Positions 36,610 to 49,198 are shown, numbered from the stretch's first letter. The stretch: DNA of 64,000 nt from Cirrosporium novae-zelandiae (GCA_026023565.1 JAPETS010000008.1:62001-126000); one strand, 5' to 3'. Numbers and translations: made by a program. The notes: generated by a model from the sequence alone, not told the origin.

Positions 36610-39121
36610 GCTGCTTCAACGCAGTAACGGTATGTCTTAACTCTTATTTATATTCTCATCGACATCATAACAGCAAATTCTTAACATCATGCCAAGCACC
36701 ATCTCACTGTTTCAAAGCTAAGTTCTCCTTTGCGTTCTTCGATCTTTCTAATAGAGATCAATTGCTAATATTACATCAGCTGAGCTTAGACCTTCAGCTG
36801 ATGATTCCTGAATTAGAAAATAGCTGTCGATGATACCTACGAAGGTCGGTGCCTCTTTCTGGGGATACATGTTCAACACGTCGCATCGCTTTGAACCATG
36901 TTCTTGATTTCGTAACCTGAACATTGCGACGAGGTACCATCATTGCAAATTATACCTCGAAGTGATATCAAGTGTCCTCGTTATCCTTCGCTGGTGTTCA
37001 GGCTAATAACAAAGTGGGATTTATGCTGCTACAAGCACTGGAGCATGGAGCAGCATTTCCTGGGAGCGATACTTACTCAGTGTTGGAGTACGACTGGCAA
37101 GTATCTCCATCGATCAATGGTCAAGGCCTCTGAACCGATGCTTACTGTGATTTCGTATGGAACATGGTGACTCGTTTAGGTACAGCTTGGGATCTTAAGC
37201 CACGATCCAGCTAGTTCGAGGATCTTCCTTCGCTATTTTGTCACTCATACTATACCTCTTCACACCACGACCCGATTCAAGCGGTCGTTGATTGTATTGT
37301 CGATTCTTGATGGGATATGATGATGGATGCTGAAGTGAAGTATATTGTGACGTTGGAATTTAGTTAGGCGGTTATCTGTGCGCTTGGAGGCTCCCGGCTT
37401 GGCATTTGGCCCCCAGATTACGATTGCCGCCCGTTTATCTGATAAAGCTTCCCAAGTGTCTGGAACCTATTTACGATGTCTCCGCCTTTCCATGAACTCC
37501 TGGCTCATATCTGAGGATGCTTTCGCTTCGGAGAGAGTGGGCTTATCCTATATAAATAGTGATCACAAATCAATCGTGCTACTAGATACTACAGTAGTAT
37601 CGCCTTAATGACAGAGCGGATATTATATCTTAGGACTTAATAAACCTAATGTGGAATAGCCCAATACCTTCTGACTTGGTATGATTTAAGTATATATTAG
37701 AACCTAGAGAACGTTATATAGGGGTGCTATTATGCTTAATTTAGCTCAAGGATCGCGAATGCAAGCATTTTCTTCGGTCTTAATTTATTCTGCCGAATTG
37801 AACAAGACCTTCATATTTAGCCAAACTAGCCTTGCTGAATTATGTGGCCCATGTCGCCAGAAATGACTATGTTCTTCTGACCAATGAATAGCATATTTAA
37901 TCAGGGCTCGTGGGGCTTAAGTACATTGAGGTCCACGATATTATTTCAAGGGCCTTTCCAGCGAAAAGTCGACCGCCACGTTGGATAAGCGGGAAAACTA
38001 ATGTATAATAGGGGAAGTGTAACTACAGGGATAAGGAGGTGGAGTTGGATGTTTAATATCAGGGAGACGCTAAGCTTTTGAGATTAGCATCAATGAAGTT
38101 TGGAACAGCGGTGGCTACTTCTAGCTTTGTCCAAAAGAAAGCATGTGAAAGCAGACGTCACAACTGATAAACCAGATAACCACAACACCATTGAACATGA
38201 TGGTGGCGTCAAGATGATAGATTCAAGTATAATATATAATGGATTAAGAACTAATATATAGTCGGGGAGACTAATGGAACTTGGCTATCGATAAGGCTCC
38301 CGGAGTTTAGGGCTGTCAAAATCAAACCATCATGAGTAATCCCCTCTTCCGAATCTCCGTTAGCCCTAGTAACCTAATTTCCTTAACACCCCCGCCCCCT
38401 GGTAATCCCATGCATCCAAGTACATGTACATGCAAATAGGAAAAGAATTCATAATTCTGTTTTGATACTTTCACTAGGCTTGCAGACTCCCATGACGCGT
38501 ATATACTTAAAATGAATCAGCCAAGTACCTGTGCAACATGGTATTCAAAGCAATTTATGTCTTACAAATCGGGAAATACGTAGTTGCGGGATTGATGTGC
38601 CACATTTTCCCCGATCAGTCCCGAAGGAGTATAGCGCCTGAGGCTAACACGATAATGAAAGAGCCAACTTGAAGTTCTCCAGACTATACACCTTCACTGC
38701 TGTGCGTCAAGGAAATAATTGTCCTCTGTTGGAAGAGTAAAAGTTGTTTCTCTCATTGATTCTTGATACTCCTGCACATTTCTATAACATCAGCCCCCGT
38801 CCTTTATCTGTGAGAATAGTGTAACTCGTCGTCTGAAGCCTTCGGATTCCGATTTTGGGTACGTCTTCAAAATCAAGAACATCAAAATATATTTGTCCAC
38901 GGGAATCCGGTCGTATCCCTTCACCTTAGATCCTGTCTGAAGTGCAAGACTCGTGGTCAGAAAACAGAGTACAATCATTCAAGACTATTGCTAACTTGAC
39001 TTTCTCCAGGTATTAGTACCTTCCATCGTCGTAGACGTCCGTTAGTCGTCACTGTTTTCTTTGCACCAAGAGGGCTAGATATAATAAGAAATATCAGTTG
39101 TTATAAGTATTTTCGTGAACT

Positions 39122-41169
39122 ATGGCTGCCGCTATGATGGGTACGTAGGGACTTTTGTTTATTTCCCACTGGGACAGTCAAGTCTCAACAACACACCAGG
39201 GGCATCTCGACGCCTCCCACCATGAACTCGTATATGTATCTCTTCCTGGTCCATGATCTGTTGCCCACAATGCTTCGTATATTTGAGCGTCTTGGCACAT
39301 GTGCTAACCATATCTATTCGTTCATTCCAGGAAGGAATTGCTCCCCGCCATCAGCCGGCTTCCATGTGCCAGATACAACTTCTCCGGTTTACCCAGACCG
39401 ACCCATCAGACCACTCCCAAAACGCCGTCTTCGAGATCGGCTCTCAGCCGACCAAGCCGGGTCAAGTGCTCTTTCTCCTCCTGATCCCCCTTCTTCGCAG
39501 CAACCTCTTTTTTATTTCCCACAATATGGTGATAATTCGGAGCCAGTAATTGGAACCAAAATCCGTGGGGGGGGCGGAAATTCAATTTCGAAGTCAATTC
39601 ATATCATTGACCGCGACCGTTCATATGAAGATGAAGGACTTGAGAGTGACCATGAAGATGCGGTTGGTTCTCACGAGTTCCGGTTCATGTCTATCCCTCT
39701 ATTTCCTTACTGATTTTGTTTATCTCTTTGAACAATGCAGGGTTCCCAAGTCTATGCAAACCACAAAGATACCGTTGCGCGCAGCTCTTCTTCACCTCCA
39801 CCTGATGGTTACGATTCATTTGAAAATACCAATAACAAGAAGAAACGCAAAATCCCTACATCTGGTAGTATAGGTGGACATCACTCCTCAAGTCTATCTG
39901 CAGAATTGGCAAGTATGGGTATTTGTTGCACTCGTACAGCTGATGCTCCAGAATCTGGCGGTATTGTTGAAGGTGTTGGAGGTGTTGGTCAGTACTATGG
40001 TTCAGGTAACTCTGCAACTCGACTGATAGCTGGCGTGTCAGGATCTGGACGAGGCCGCTATGGAAGAGGCAACAGTAGAAACTTGAACGTGAAGAGTCCT
40101 CTGGGTCTTTCTATCAACGGTATGAACAGCTTACGACCAGCCCGACGAGATTGGGGGTCCAACCCAATCAGTAGCGTCAAAGGTCTCGGCTTCTATTTTT
40201 GCATATCATCTGAGCAATGACTGATCAGAAACAGGAAATCCGCTGCAGCAAAGTGAGCAGGGAATCATTTCTACCGCGATTGCGAATGCTGCCGCCCTTC
40301 CAGTAACCCCGCAAGGCCAGGAAAATGTCAGTCTCCTTCAACAACAAAAGAGCACAACCCCAACAAAAACAACTCCATTTACTTTCACTTGTGAATCTGA
40401 ATCAGCAAAAAGCATGGCATGGCCTAGTCAGAGCCCCACCCCCACATACCACCGCACTCACCCTCATCCACCCCAACAACAAGCACCAACCCAAAAAGGA
40501 TTTTCTACTCAGGGTACACAAACAAGTCCGAATATGGCTGCTGGTCAAGCTGCCCAACAACCCATTCCTCCAGGACAAGCTGGCCCCCAAACCCCACAAA
40601 AGAAAACCCGTCGTCGGAGACCAGGGAAGGAACTTGAAAATGCAGAACGTCAACGCCGTCTGCAACAAGAGTACAACAAATTTCACCATCCGCCCAAACT
40701 AGAAGATATTTGGATTTGCGAATACTGCGAATACGAGAGCATCTTCGGCACACGTCCGGAGGCTTTGATAAGACAATACGAAATTAAGGACCGCAAGGAA
40801 CGGAAACGATTAGAAGAAAAGAGAAGGCTTTTAGAGAAAGCAAAGACAAAGGGACGAAAGGGGAGGAGGCCAGGCAAAAAGGGATCTAATAACCCCAATG
40901 CCACCAGTGCTGCCAATGCTGCCAATGCTCCCGCTGCTCAGCAGCCAGGAAATCATCAGCTTGGTGGTGGTATTCATAGCCAAGGCACTCAAAGTGAAGA
41001 TTACTTGGGTGATGAGTATGACGACCCAGGTCCGTTGCCGGCACCTCCACCTCAGGCTCCACTACAAGGACAAATGCCAGCCCATCAAGCTCATAATCTA
41101 CGTCAGCCACCAGGAACTATGAATCGGGTGCAAGGGACAGGACGCGGCGGGACAGCTATAAAGGCTTAA
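39122..41169 (+). CDS. Conserved fungal hypothetical (probably nuclear) protein; introns ~39141-39330, 39663-39740, ~40182-40235
   Basis: MAAAMMG|RNCSPP; SPVYPDRPIRPLPKRRLRDRLS; DGYDSFENTNNKKKRKIP; GIISTAIANAA; IWICEYCEYESIFG..ALIRQYEIKDRKERKRLEEKRRLLEKAK. Confidence 0.85.
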
Positions 41170-42122
41170 CGAGGGAGTCCAAGAGACTCAGTTCAGTCAT
41201 TGATTCCTTGGTATTTTCTTCATGAGTCGGTCTTTTTATTCCATATTCTAAATGGCTTGCGATCCGCAAATGCTGTCTTCCCGTGGGTGTTTGTCCTTCC
41301 GGATATTTGAACTTACGACTGGAAAGAAGCACTAGGGCATATTTTTGCAAGGCATCTAATATCTGTCGTTTCAATTAATCACCCGGTCATGAACCCTGTC
41401 ATGTGAATTACACGGCGCTGGAGTGGTTCTACCTAATGACCCCCTGATCGCTTTCTTTTGTCAACAACCGTCGTTTCCCCGGTCTTTTGCACAAATGCTC
41501 ATTGCTAGACTGTAAATGCAGCCTAGAGGAATCTTCGGATATGATCATGACATCCGCAACGCAAATCTTGTTAATAAGATAAAAATCAATAAACAATGTT
41601 ACCCAAAACTAAAGATTTTTTCGCTATCATGACGATAGGACAAGCTAACGTATAGTGAATATATGGGAATAGCAAGATCTTACAAGGAATCAAACGAGGC
41701 ACTTTTTATCTAAGAACCACTATTATCAATGAGCAAATCCACTCTTGGGTAATAATTATTTTGTAGGTTTCCTGTCATCGTGTTGGCAAAGCAGTCATTG
41801 TTGCATCAAATTCATAAAGGAGGCGTAATTCTTGGGCCTACTTGAATAGAGAGTAATTTAAGATGTAGGGCCTTGAATCTATGGTGTCAAATGAATGCAA
41901 AGGTACCTTACCTTAGTCAAATTATCAAATTCACTAACAAGTAGGTGCTATTGCCATAAGACAAACCTAATCTTCCCGAAGTCTTGTGCTATCAAGTCGT
42001 TGCATCGAGTATAGAAGGCCTTCGCTGTCGCATAAATTATTTCGGAACTATAAGTCAATATCCTCTAGCTCAATATCTGTATCTTAACTAACACTATCAC
42101 TCCGGGAACAGGTTTTTGTATC

Positions 42123-44172
42123 ATGTCTTCCGTTTCTCCTGCTATAGCAAATCACCGTCCTGTCACCCGTAGCAATGCTAGTCTATTCATCCCATTTGAC
42201 GAAGATTCCGGTGACGAATTAATGATGAATAATCATATGGGGAATCTTGTCGAGGGTCCTGCTCCTCAATTAGCGAATTCATTTCCAAGCATATTTGAGT
42301 CTGATGGCGAGAGGCTTGACAAGACTCAGGAAGTTATGGACAGAAATGAGAAAAAGCAAGACCCCCAGCAGGACAAGGCTGATCAGACCTCATTATCAGA
42401 CATAGATATCAAAGCTCCTGGGGAGTAAGTAGATAATTTTGCTTGTGGATGTGATGCCCTCCCCGGACCTCTATTTTAACCCACCTTAATTCATGTTTTT
42501 CCTGCTACACTCTCTCACTACCACTCACGCTAGAATACTACTTGATTGCCCCCCCTTTTTTCCCATTCCACCTCAGGTAAGTTCGTTCTCGTTTCGTCAT
42601 CACTACTCAGCAACTTCACAAAACATTGACTCCTTCCTTGCCCAGCTTGCTATACCTATGCACAACTTTTCTTTCTTCTAATATACACCTACTAATAATA
42701 CTAGTAACCATAGTGTAAATATGGATGCAAGCTCAGAATTTCCTCAGTTCTCTGACGGCGATGTTGAAATCAATATTCGCTGGACCCAGTCTTACCAGCT
42801 TCATTCCAATGTCTTGCGCAGTACATCTAGTGCCTTTGCACGGTTTCTTAAGCCAGGATATGCTGCTGATCTCAGCTCGAAAACCATCAAGCAAGGGATT
42901 ATGACTCGCTATCGCCTAGACCTACATTATGATACCCAGCGAAATGATTATAACTTTCGGGTGGTGGTAAGTTATGCTTTTGCTTCGCATAACACGTTAA
43001 GGAGGCCCCCAGACCTTGATTCATACAATTTTGGCTAGCAAATTCAGATACTAAATGCACTGCTCTAGCCCCTCGATAAAAATGGAAAGAGTGACAAAGG
43101 GAACATTATCTCTGATATCGATAACGGACGTCTCGGTGGTGGTGTTTTCAAAGATTATGATAACCTCTTTCGGACTTTGTATGGGCTGGACCCTAAAATA
43201 GACACCAGTTCTATGTCTTCCACTATCACCACATGCCATAACCTGGTTTATATTGCTAATAAGCTTGGTGGTATTAAATCGGTTGCTAGGTTCGTGGAAA
43301 TTGCGTTCCTAGATCATGGGCAGAGCCTTTACCGTTCCATATCAGCCGATCCTGTCATTTGGATCGATATTGGCTACAAAATTTGTTCGACAACAATATT
43401 TAAAGAGGCATTGATCCACTTAGTTGGGCAATGGAATACGATCCCACAAGAAAAAAAGGAAACTTTAAACAAGGAGGTCCTTGATATTGTCAAGCGGAAA
43501 TTGGAAGAAATGAACATTAAAAAACAGGCAATAGAAATCCGCATTCTTGGCCACTATCCCATGAGTCTACCTCAATCGGGTACAAGTTCGGTTCCCTTTC
43601 GAAGTGCATACGCAAAAAATGTGTTCATGTGGATGGTCATAAGTCTCTTCCGTCATTTTTTCGCACAGGCTGTCATTGAAAGAAGGACCCGAGACGCAGA
43701 TGATGGGGGTGCAGCATTCTACCGTCGGCTTTGGGAAGGGGGGCAAGCTTACCTCGATCGTACAGCTCTCGCACAGTTTCATGAATCCCTCCCAGTTAGC
43801 TCAAAGGCAAAAACAGTATTTGAGAATCATATGAATGCGTACAAGGCCGAGGTGAAGAGTTTTGTTAGAGACTTGATAAGCAACAATGCAAGATTAGATG
43901 TGATAAAACATCCGACAACTCACCTCACTTGCTGTGTTGTGGATAGCGACGATTATCCTTGGAAAAAATCGGACCAGCAGGAAAACAATGTTTCCAGCAA
44001 TTCTATGAAGCCATCAGGACAAATAAGGAAACGCCAAGCTAGCGATAGTGAGGACAGCAATACCGGCAAACAACGCTGCATGGAAAAGGCATCATCACCC
44101 CCTACACACCTGCTCGTTGACGAAAGCGATGGGGCTAAAGACATAGAATCTCTTGCTTCATCTACTAAGTGA
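42123..44172 (+). CDS. BTB/POZ-like domain fungal protein; exons 42123-42424, 42705-42966, 43069-44172 (alternative start ATG 42721)
   Basis: FPQFSDGDVEI..YQLHSNVLRSTS..F BTB-like start; LYRSISADP..W..IGYKI...IFKEALIHLVGQW; GGQAYL. GA|GTAAGT..TAG|T joins exon 1 in frame. Confidence 0.75.
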
Positions 44173-44795
44173 CTCGTGTGCCCAACAGATTGTCTTCTGT
44201 TTAGCATGATATGCTACTCTATTCCTCTTCCTCGCCCCCCTTACCACAAGGAACTACCAATCTTTTGTGTATTTCTGCATACTAATCAGTCTATTTCCTT
44301 GTCTTCAGTACTTTAATGATGAGCAGTTGAATGTTCTAAAGGGCGCACGATAAAGAATTGCATACTACAGGAAATATGGAGAAATGCACTTGGGGTGTAT
44401 ATTATGTCTTGCTGAGGCGGTAGATTGAGCATAACAAGCATTCTACATGGGTTGGGTCGTGGGTAATACGGATATCAAACCCAGTCGGTAATATTCTAAA
44501 CTTGTTATTTTGCCTGGAGACCTCCACAGTATCCTATAATTATCGCAGTTATTGCAAGCTTTGTAGCTAAAATTAGCATAATTTGGGGAATTTACCCAAG
44601 TTTCTTATTGTCTGGGTATGTTATATATTTACAGAGAGACAAACCGCAATGTCTAGCCCAGACCACTAAACTCGTGGACCTGAAGCCTGCTTAGAGGTTA
44701 TGGAGATTTAGAGATGACTTTGTTTAATAGTACCCCCAATAGAAGAATGTTCTTGCTCTTTTCCATCAAGATCTTCCGCTACATTCTTCCTTTTC

Positions 44796-45115
44796 TCATT
44801 CATCGTCATATCCCTCAGGAATTTTCCTCGGCCCTGGCGGTACTATTGAACCACCCAAGTCAGTACTTTTCTTCATGGGCATAATTGTTCGATTCCTTTC
44901 CAATCAAACTACAAAAGATCCAACTTACTTGGGTAAGTCAATGGGATGGGGGGCCTCTCGTAATCATCTCCGAATAGTCTCCTAACTGGTTTCGCGCCTA
45001 AAAGAAATACAGGCCCCATAGAGCCGATAATGAGAGAGTAGAGAATCGCAGGCTTTTCGTGGGAAGCCCAGCGGATGTAGCGGAGGGGCTGCGACCAGAA
45101 GCGAGGGGTAGACAT
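44796..45115 (-). CDS. NADH:ubiquinone oxidoreductase 9.5 kDa subunit (NI9M/NDUFA3-like); intron 44928-44843
   Basis: MSTPRFWSQPLRYIRWASHEKPAILYSLIIGSMGP...IPLTYP|IPPGPRKIPEGYDDE. Confidence 0.92.
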
Positions 45116-45427
45116 GGTGGTAGATTGGTGGGGGCCGACACCAAATTGGAAGAGAATTGATTGTATGATAGCCTGGATTTGATATCTTTGAGATGGCTTC
45201 AGCCAGAGAGGAGATGTCTGCACAATTGAGATAGGTGGTGGTGGCAGTAGATTATAATGGCGTTGTTGATAACTACTTGAAGCTCAAATCAAGCTCATCG
45301 GCATTAAAGTAGCCCCCGATAAAAAAACTCTTGGCAGTTTTGTGGAAACGTGTCGCCCGCAGCCGTACAAGTTACCACCTAGCTTCAAGCTTGCGATTGC
45401 GATTGCAACACAAACGCAAAAGCAAGA

Positions 45428-47006
45428 ATGCGGTGGATATTTTCTTTTCTTCTTCTCTTAAGTCTGGTGCTGTTGGAGACGGCGAATGCACTGAGCAGTT
45501 CGGGGAATAGGTTACTGGTTATCAGTGAAGACGAATCTTATCAAGACAGTTTAAAGACATTTTGGGGAGATTTGGAGGGTATGTTTGTGAAATCAGGATC
45601 GGCTACGATTGCTTTGATACGGATAGAAGCTAACTGATGCTACAGAACGAGAATTTAAGATATCCTTTGAATCTCCGAAGAGTGACAAGCTTGATTTGTT
45701 TGACCTAGGCGAAAGAGCTTACGACCACCTAATCATTCTACCTTCCAAGTCCAAAGGTAGCTTGAATCAATTGCTCAAGACTGGCCTGATAATAACAATT
45801 GAATAGGTCTTGGCCCCGCTCTTACTCCGCAGAAACTTCTTGATTTCATCAATAGCGATGGAAACATTCTTATCACCCTCTCCGGCGATCATCATACCCC
45901 CACTGGGGTACTCTCTCTCCTGCTCGAATTAGACATCCACCTTTCTCCCGACAGGAATTCTGTGGTTGTTGATCACTTCAACTATGATACTCTCTCGGCC
46001 GCCGAAAAACATGATGTCCTTGTCATGCCTCTGCAAAGCAAGTTAAGGCCAGATGTCAAGGATTTCTTCTCCAGTGAGGGTATCTTAGCCATACCTAAGC
46101 CTATCGGACAGACTCTAGGAAATGCGAGTCCACTACTTGTCCCCATTCTTCGAGCCCCAGATACGGCATATAGCTACAACTACAAAGAGGAAACTGAAGT
46201 CGTCGAGGATCCATTTGCCACTGGAAGCCAGCTAGCATTGGTAACCGCAGTACAAGCGCGGAACTCGGCTCGTTTGACCGTTATTGGATCCGTTGAGATG
46301 CTTGAGGATAAGTGGTTTGACGCTACTGTCAAGGGTCTAGACGGAAAGGAAACCAAAACGGCTAACCGAGAGTTTGCAAAGCACATTACTGAATGGACAT
46401 TCAAAGAAGTCGGTGTTCTCAAGGTTGGAAGACTGGAGCACTACCTCTCAGAGAGTCCTGCTGGAAATGATAGTCTGGTGGCTACAGATTATATGAACCC
46501 TAAGATTTACAGGATCAAGAACGATGTGGTACGTAACCCTCTCTACGCATGTTTCAATTGGATGACTAATATATATCCAGACCTTCAACATCGAACTCTC
46601 CGAATACTCCCACGACTACCTAGTACCCTACATCCTCCCTGATGGCGACTCCATCCAGCTCGAGTTCAGCATGCTCTCTCCCTTCCACCGCCTCGCCCTC
46701 ACCCCCATATCCAACACCCCAAACAGCACCATCTACAGCGTATCCTTCACCCTACCCGACCAGCACGGTATTTTCCGCTTCGAAGTCAACTACAAGCGTC
46801 TCTTGCTCACAAACGTCGACGAAAAAAGGGAGGTAACCGTCCGACATTTCGCTCACGACGAATGGCCCCGAAGTTTCAGGATTAGCGGCGCTTGGGTATG
46901 GATTTCTGGCATTTGGGTGGTTGTTGCGGGGTGGATCGGTTTCCTGGCTCTTTGGTTGTACAGTGCGCCTGTAGATCAGGCTAAAAAGGAAAAGAAAACC
47001 CAATAA
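45428..47006 (+). CDS. WBP1: Oligosaccharyltransferase 48 kDa subunit; 4 exons
   Basis: Signal peptide; VVDHFNYD, QARNSARLTVIGS, WTFKEVG, IYRIKNDV, MLSPFHRL, LPDQHGIFRFEVNYKR, VRHFAHDEWPRSF; TM helix and KKTQ ER-retrieval end. Confidence 0.96.
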
Positions 47007-47452
47007 AACGGTTTCCAAAGTGAAACGGAAGGAACGGAGGAAAGAAAAAAGTTCTTGGGAGGGAGGGGAAGGGTTATACTGGGAAATGTGTATTGGGTTT
47101 CTCTTTCCCCTTTTCCACATGTTTTTCCTGTGTATGTGAGCTATCTTTGATTAGCTAGCTCGCTCTTAGATCTACGTAAAATGTAGAATTCTTTTTCTTT
47201 TTCAATCATACTTTGTTTGAGGAAGCTTGCTTGAATGTCGTGCCTTCGGGATTGATTTATTCATGCCGTATGTGTGGGTATGCATATATATACACAAGAA
47301 AAGAGTAGAGAGGTTCTAGCTTCCATGCGCCTGCCCATCAATCCATCTATCCATCCCTCCCATCTCAATTCATAAAATACATCCCACCTATAACCAAACG
47401 CCCCCCAATCCCGCCCACCCAAGAACACCAAATTCCTCCCCCTACCTTCCCA

Positions 47453-47812
47453 CTATTTCCCCTCCCCCCCCTCCTCCGCACCCTCCTCCTTAACCCCACC
47501 CTCCCCCTCCCCATTCCCATAAACCGATCTCCCCGCATACAGCATCCCGCCCTTACCCCCCCCCGACTCCACACCCCCCGCCCCACCACCGATCCCCATA
47601 GTCCCATTCCCCCGAAACCTCTTCCTCATATCCACCATCCCGCGTCTGCAATCCCCAAATGCATGTTTCAATTGCTGGCACTGCGTGGGTAGGGTGTCGA
47701 CGAGCGGGGGGCGGAGACACTCGGATGCTGTGTGGCGTTGTTGGAGGACGCAGGGGGAGGATTGGAGGCAGGAGGCTAGGGCTGCGCGGATATCTTTGCA
47801 GGAGGATGGCAT
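47453..47812 (-). CDS. PET191: Cytochrome c oxidase assembly factor (twin Cx9C)
   Basis: MPSSCKDIRAALASCLQSSPCV..ECL..LPTQCQQLKHAFGDCRRGMVDMRKRFRGN. Confidence 0.95.
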   Translation of the reverse strand: MPSSCKDIRAALASCLQSSPCVLQQRHTASECLRPPLVDTLPTQCQQLKHAFGDCRRGMVDMRKRFRGNGTMGIGGGAGGVESGGGKGGMLYAGRSVYGNGEGEGGVKEEGAEEGGEGK

Positions 47813-48375
47813 TTTTTTGTTTTTGTGTTTTGGTTTTTGGGTTGGTTGGTTGGTTGATTAGGATGATGATGATGATGATGATGGTGATAATAGTAGTGGT
47901 GGTTGAGGTTGTTGTGTGCGCATTGCGGGGTGGGTGCGCTCGGGTATATGTTTTGATATTTTCCCTTGACTTTTCTTTTTTTGTTTTGTTGTCTTTAAGC
48001 AGGTTGAAGAAGAAGTGCGGCTTGATAATTATATATCTATATTTTTTTTCTGGGGAAATAATTACTTCGTAATGGTTCATCCAATCGGAGGTGGTGGGGT
48101 TTTTGCTTTCCGCTTTACTTGAACTTCTCTGCAGATTAAAACCTCCTACTCCCACCCCCCCCCAGATGCCCCTACACACTAGACGAGCACGTGACTATGT
48201 GTCTTTTCTGGTGACGAAGACGTGACTTGATTTTCCCACACTCTTGTCTAACACCCCAATACGCGTCATAAGCACCGAGAAAACCAATCAAAATCACAGC
48301 AAATTAACGAAACACCAACGCTATCCAATTACTGTGTAAACCAAACGCCTTATCGAAAGATAACAAAGCACTCCA

Positions 48376-49198
48376 TGGAATTCTCATCATCGACGTCATC
48401 GACATCTTCAGGAAAAATATTAACACCAACCTCTTCCTCAGTTAATATAGTCCTGAGGGACCAGTCGTCCTGATTTCAGCGTTTGCGGTTATTTCACTGG
48501 GGAAGGCAGCTAGAGTACGGAAGAATGGCTCAAAAAATTTGAATGGGCAATACGAGAAGAAAAGAAGATGGAACATGGGAACCCTCATATTACCTGGCTG
48601 CGATAAACAGATATCTCGACAGTGAAACCGCCCGATAAGCAGGCTCCCATCCCAGGGCTGCACATATTATAGCAAAACCAGACGAGGCAAATAAGCACAC
48701 AGTAATGGAGTTCACCGTCTATTGAAGCAATGATCTCCTTCTAAATCGGTGGAAAAACTAGAAGTTTCAGTAGTTGAGCAATTTGAGGAACCTGAGCAAT
48801 AGCCTGACGAATCACTTCAATCGTATTACGTTCGCGTAGCGAATCTCCTTCTGGACATGGGCGGAAAAGACATGACTGTTGGAGAACCCTATGCATTAAG
48901 CATCCTCGAAACAAATGTGTTCGAAATGGTTATAAAGAAACTCATAGCCGGACTGCACGATCCGGAGCTTCAGATATTGTACCTAACTTCCTGCCCCAGA
49001 CCGCAATCGCTAGCAGAAACATATCGAAGACTGGAAGATGTTAGGGGACACCAAAAGCTGCTCAAGGAGATCGAAGAAAGGGCGCGCAGGGACAGGGAAC
49101 TGGAGGTATACAAGAGTATAGCGATGGAGTGTTGCTCTCCGGAGTATCTTGAAGCTGCACTCGCTAGAATAGGCAACACCCTCTTTGGACTATATTAG
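48376..49198 (+). mobile_element. Degenerate Ty3/Gypsy-like gag (capsid) relic; no pol or LTR recognised
   Basis: Across frameshifts: RPDFSVCGYFTGEGS*STEEWLKKFEW / YLAAINRYLDSETAR*A / LLKQ*SP..EQ*PDESLQSYYVRVANLLLDMGGKD..LSILE..VIKKLIAGLHDPEL. The Q..ES..Y..R pattern resembles the capsid major homology region. Confidence 0.6.

Noticed and set aside
27900..38600. Starship or other giant transposon explaining the island
   Set aside because: No tyrosine-recombinase (DUF3435) captain, transposase, or terminal direct/inverted repeats were recognised.
36000..38700. Telomerase RNA or other known structured RNA in the long intergenic region
   Set aside because: No TAACCCTAA-type template or recognisable snRNA/snoRNA architecture seen; a covariance-model search would be needed to exclude it fully.
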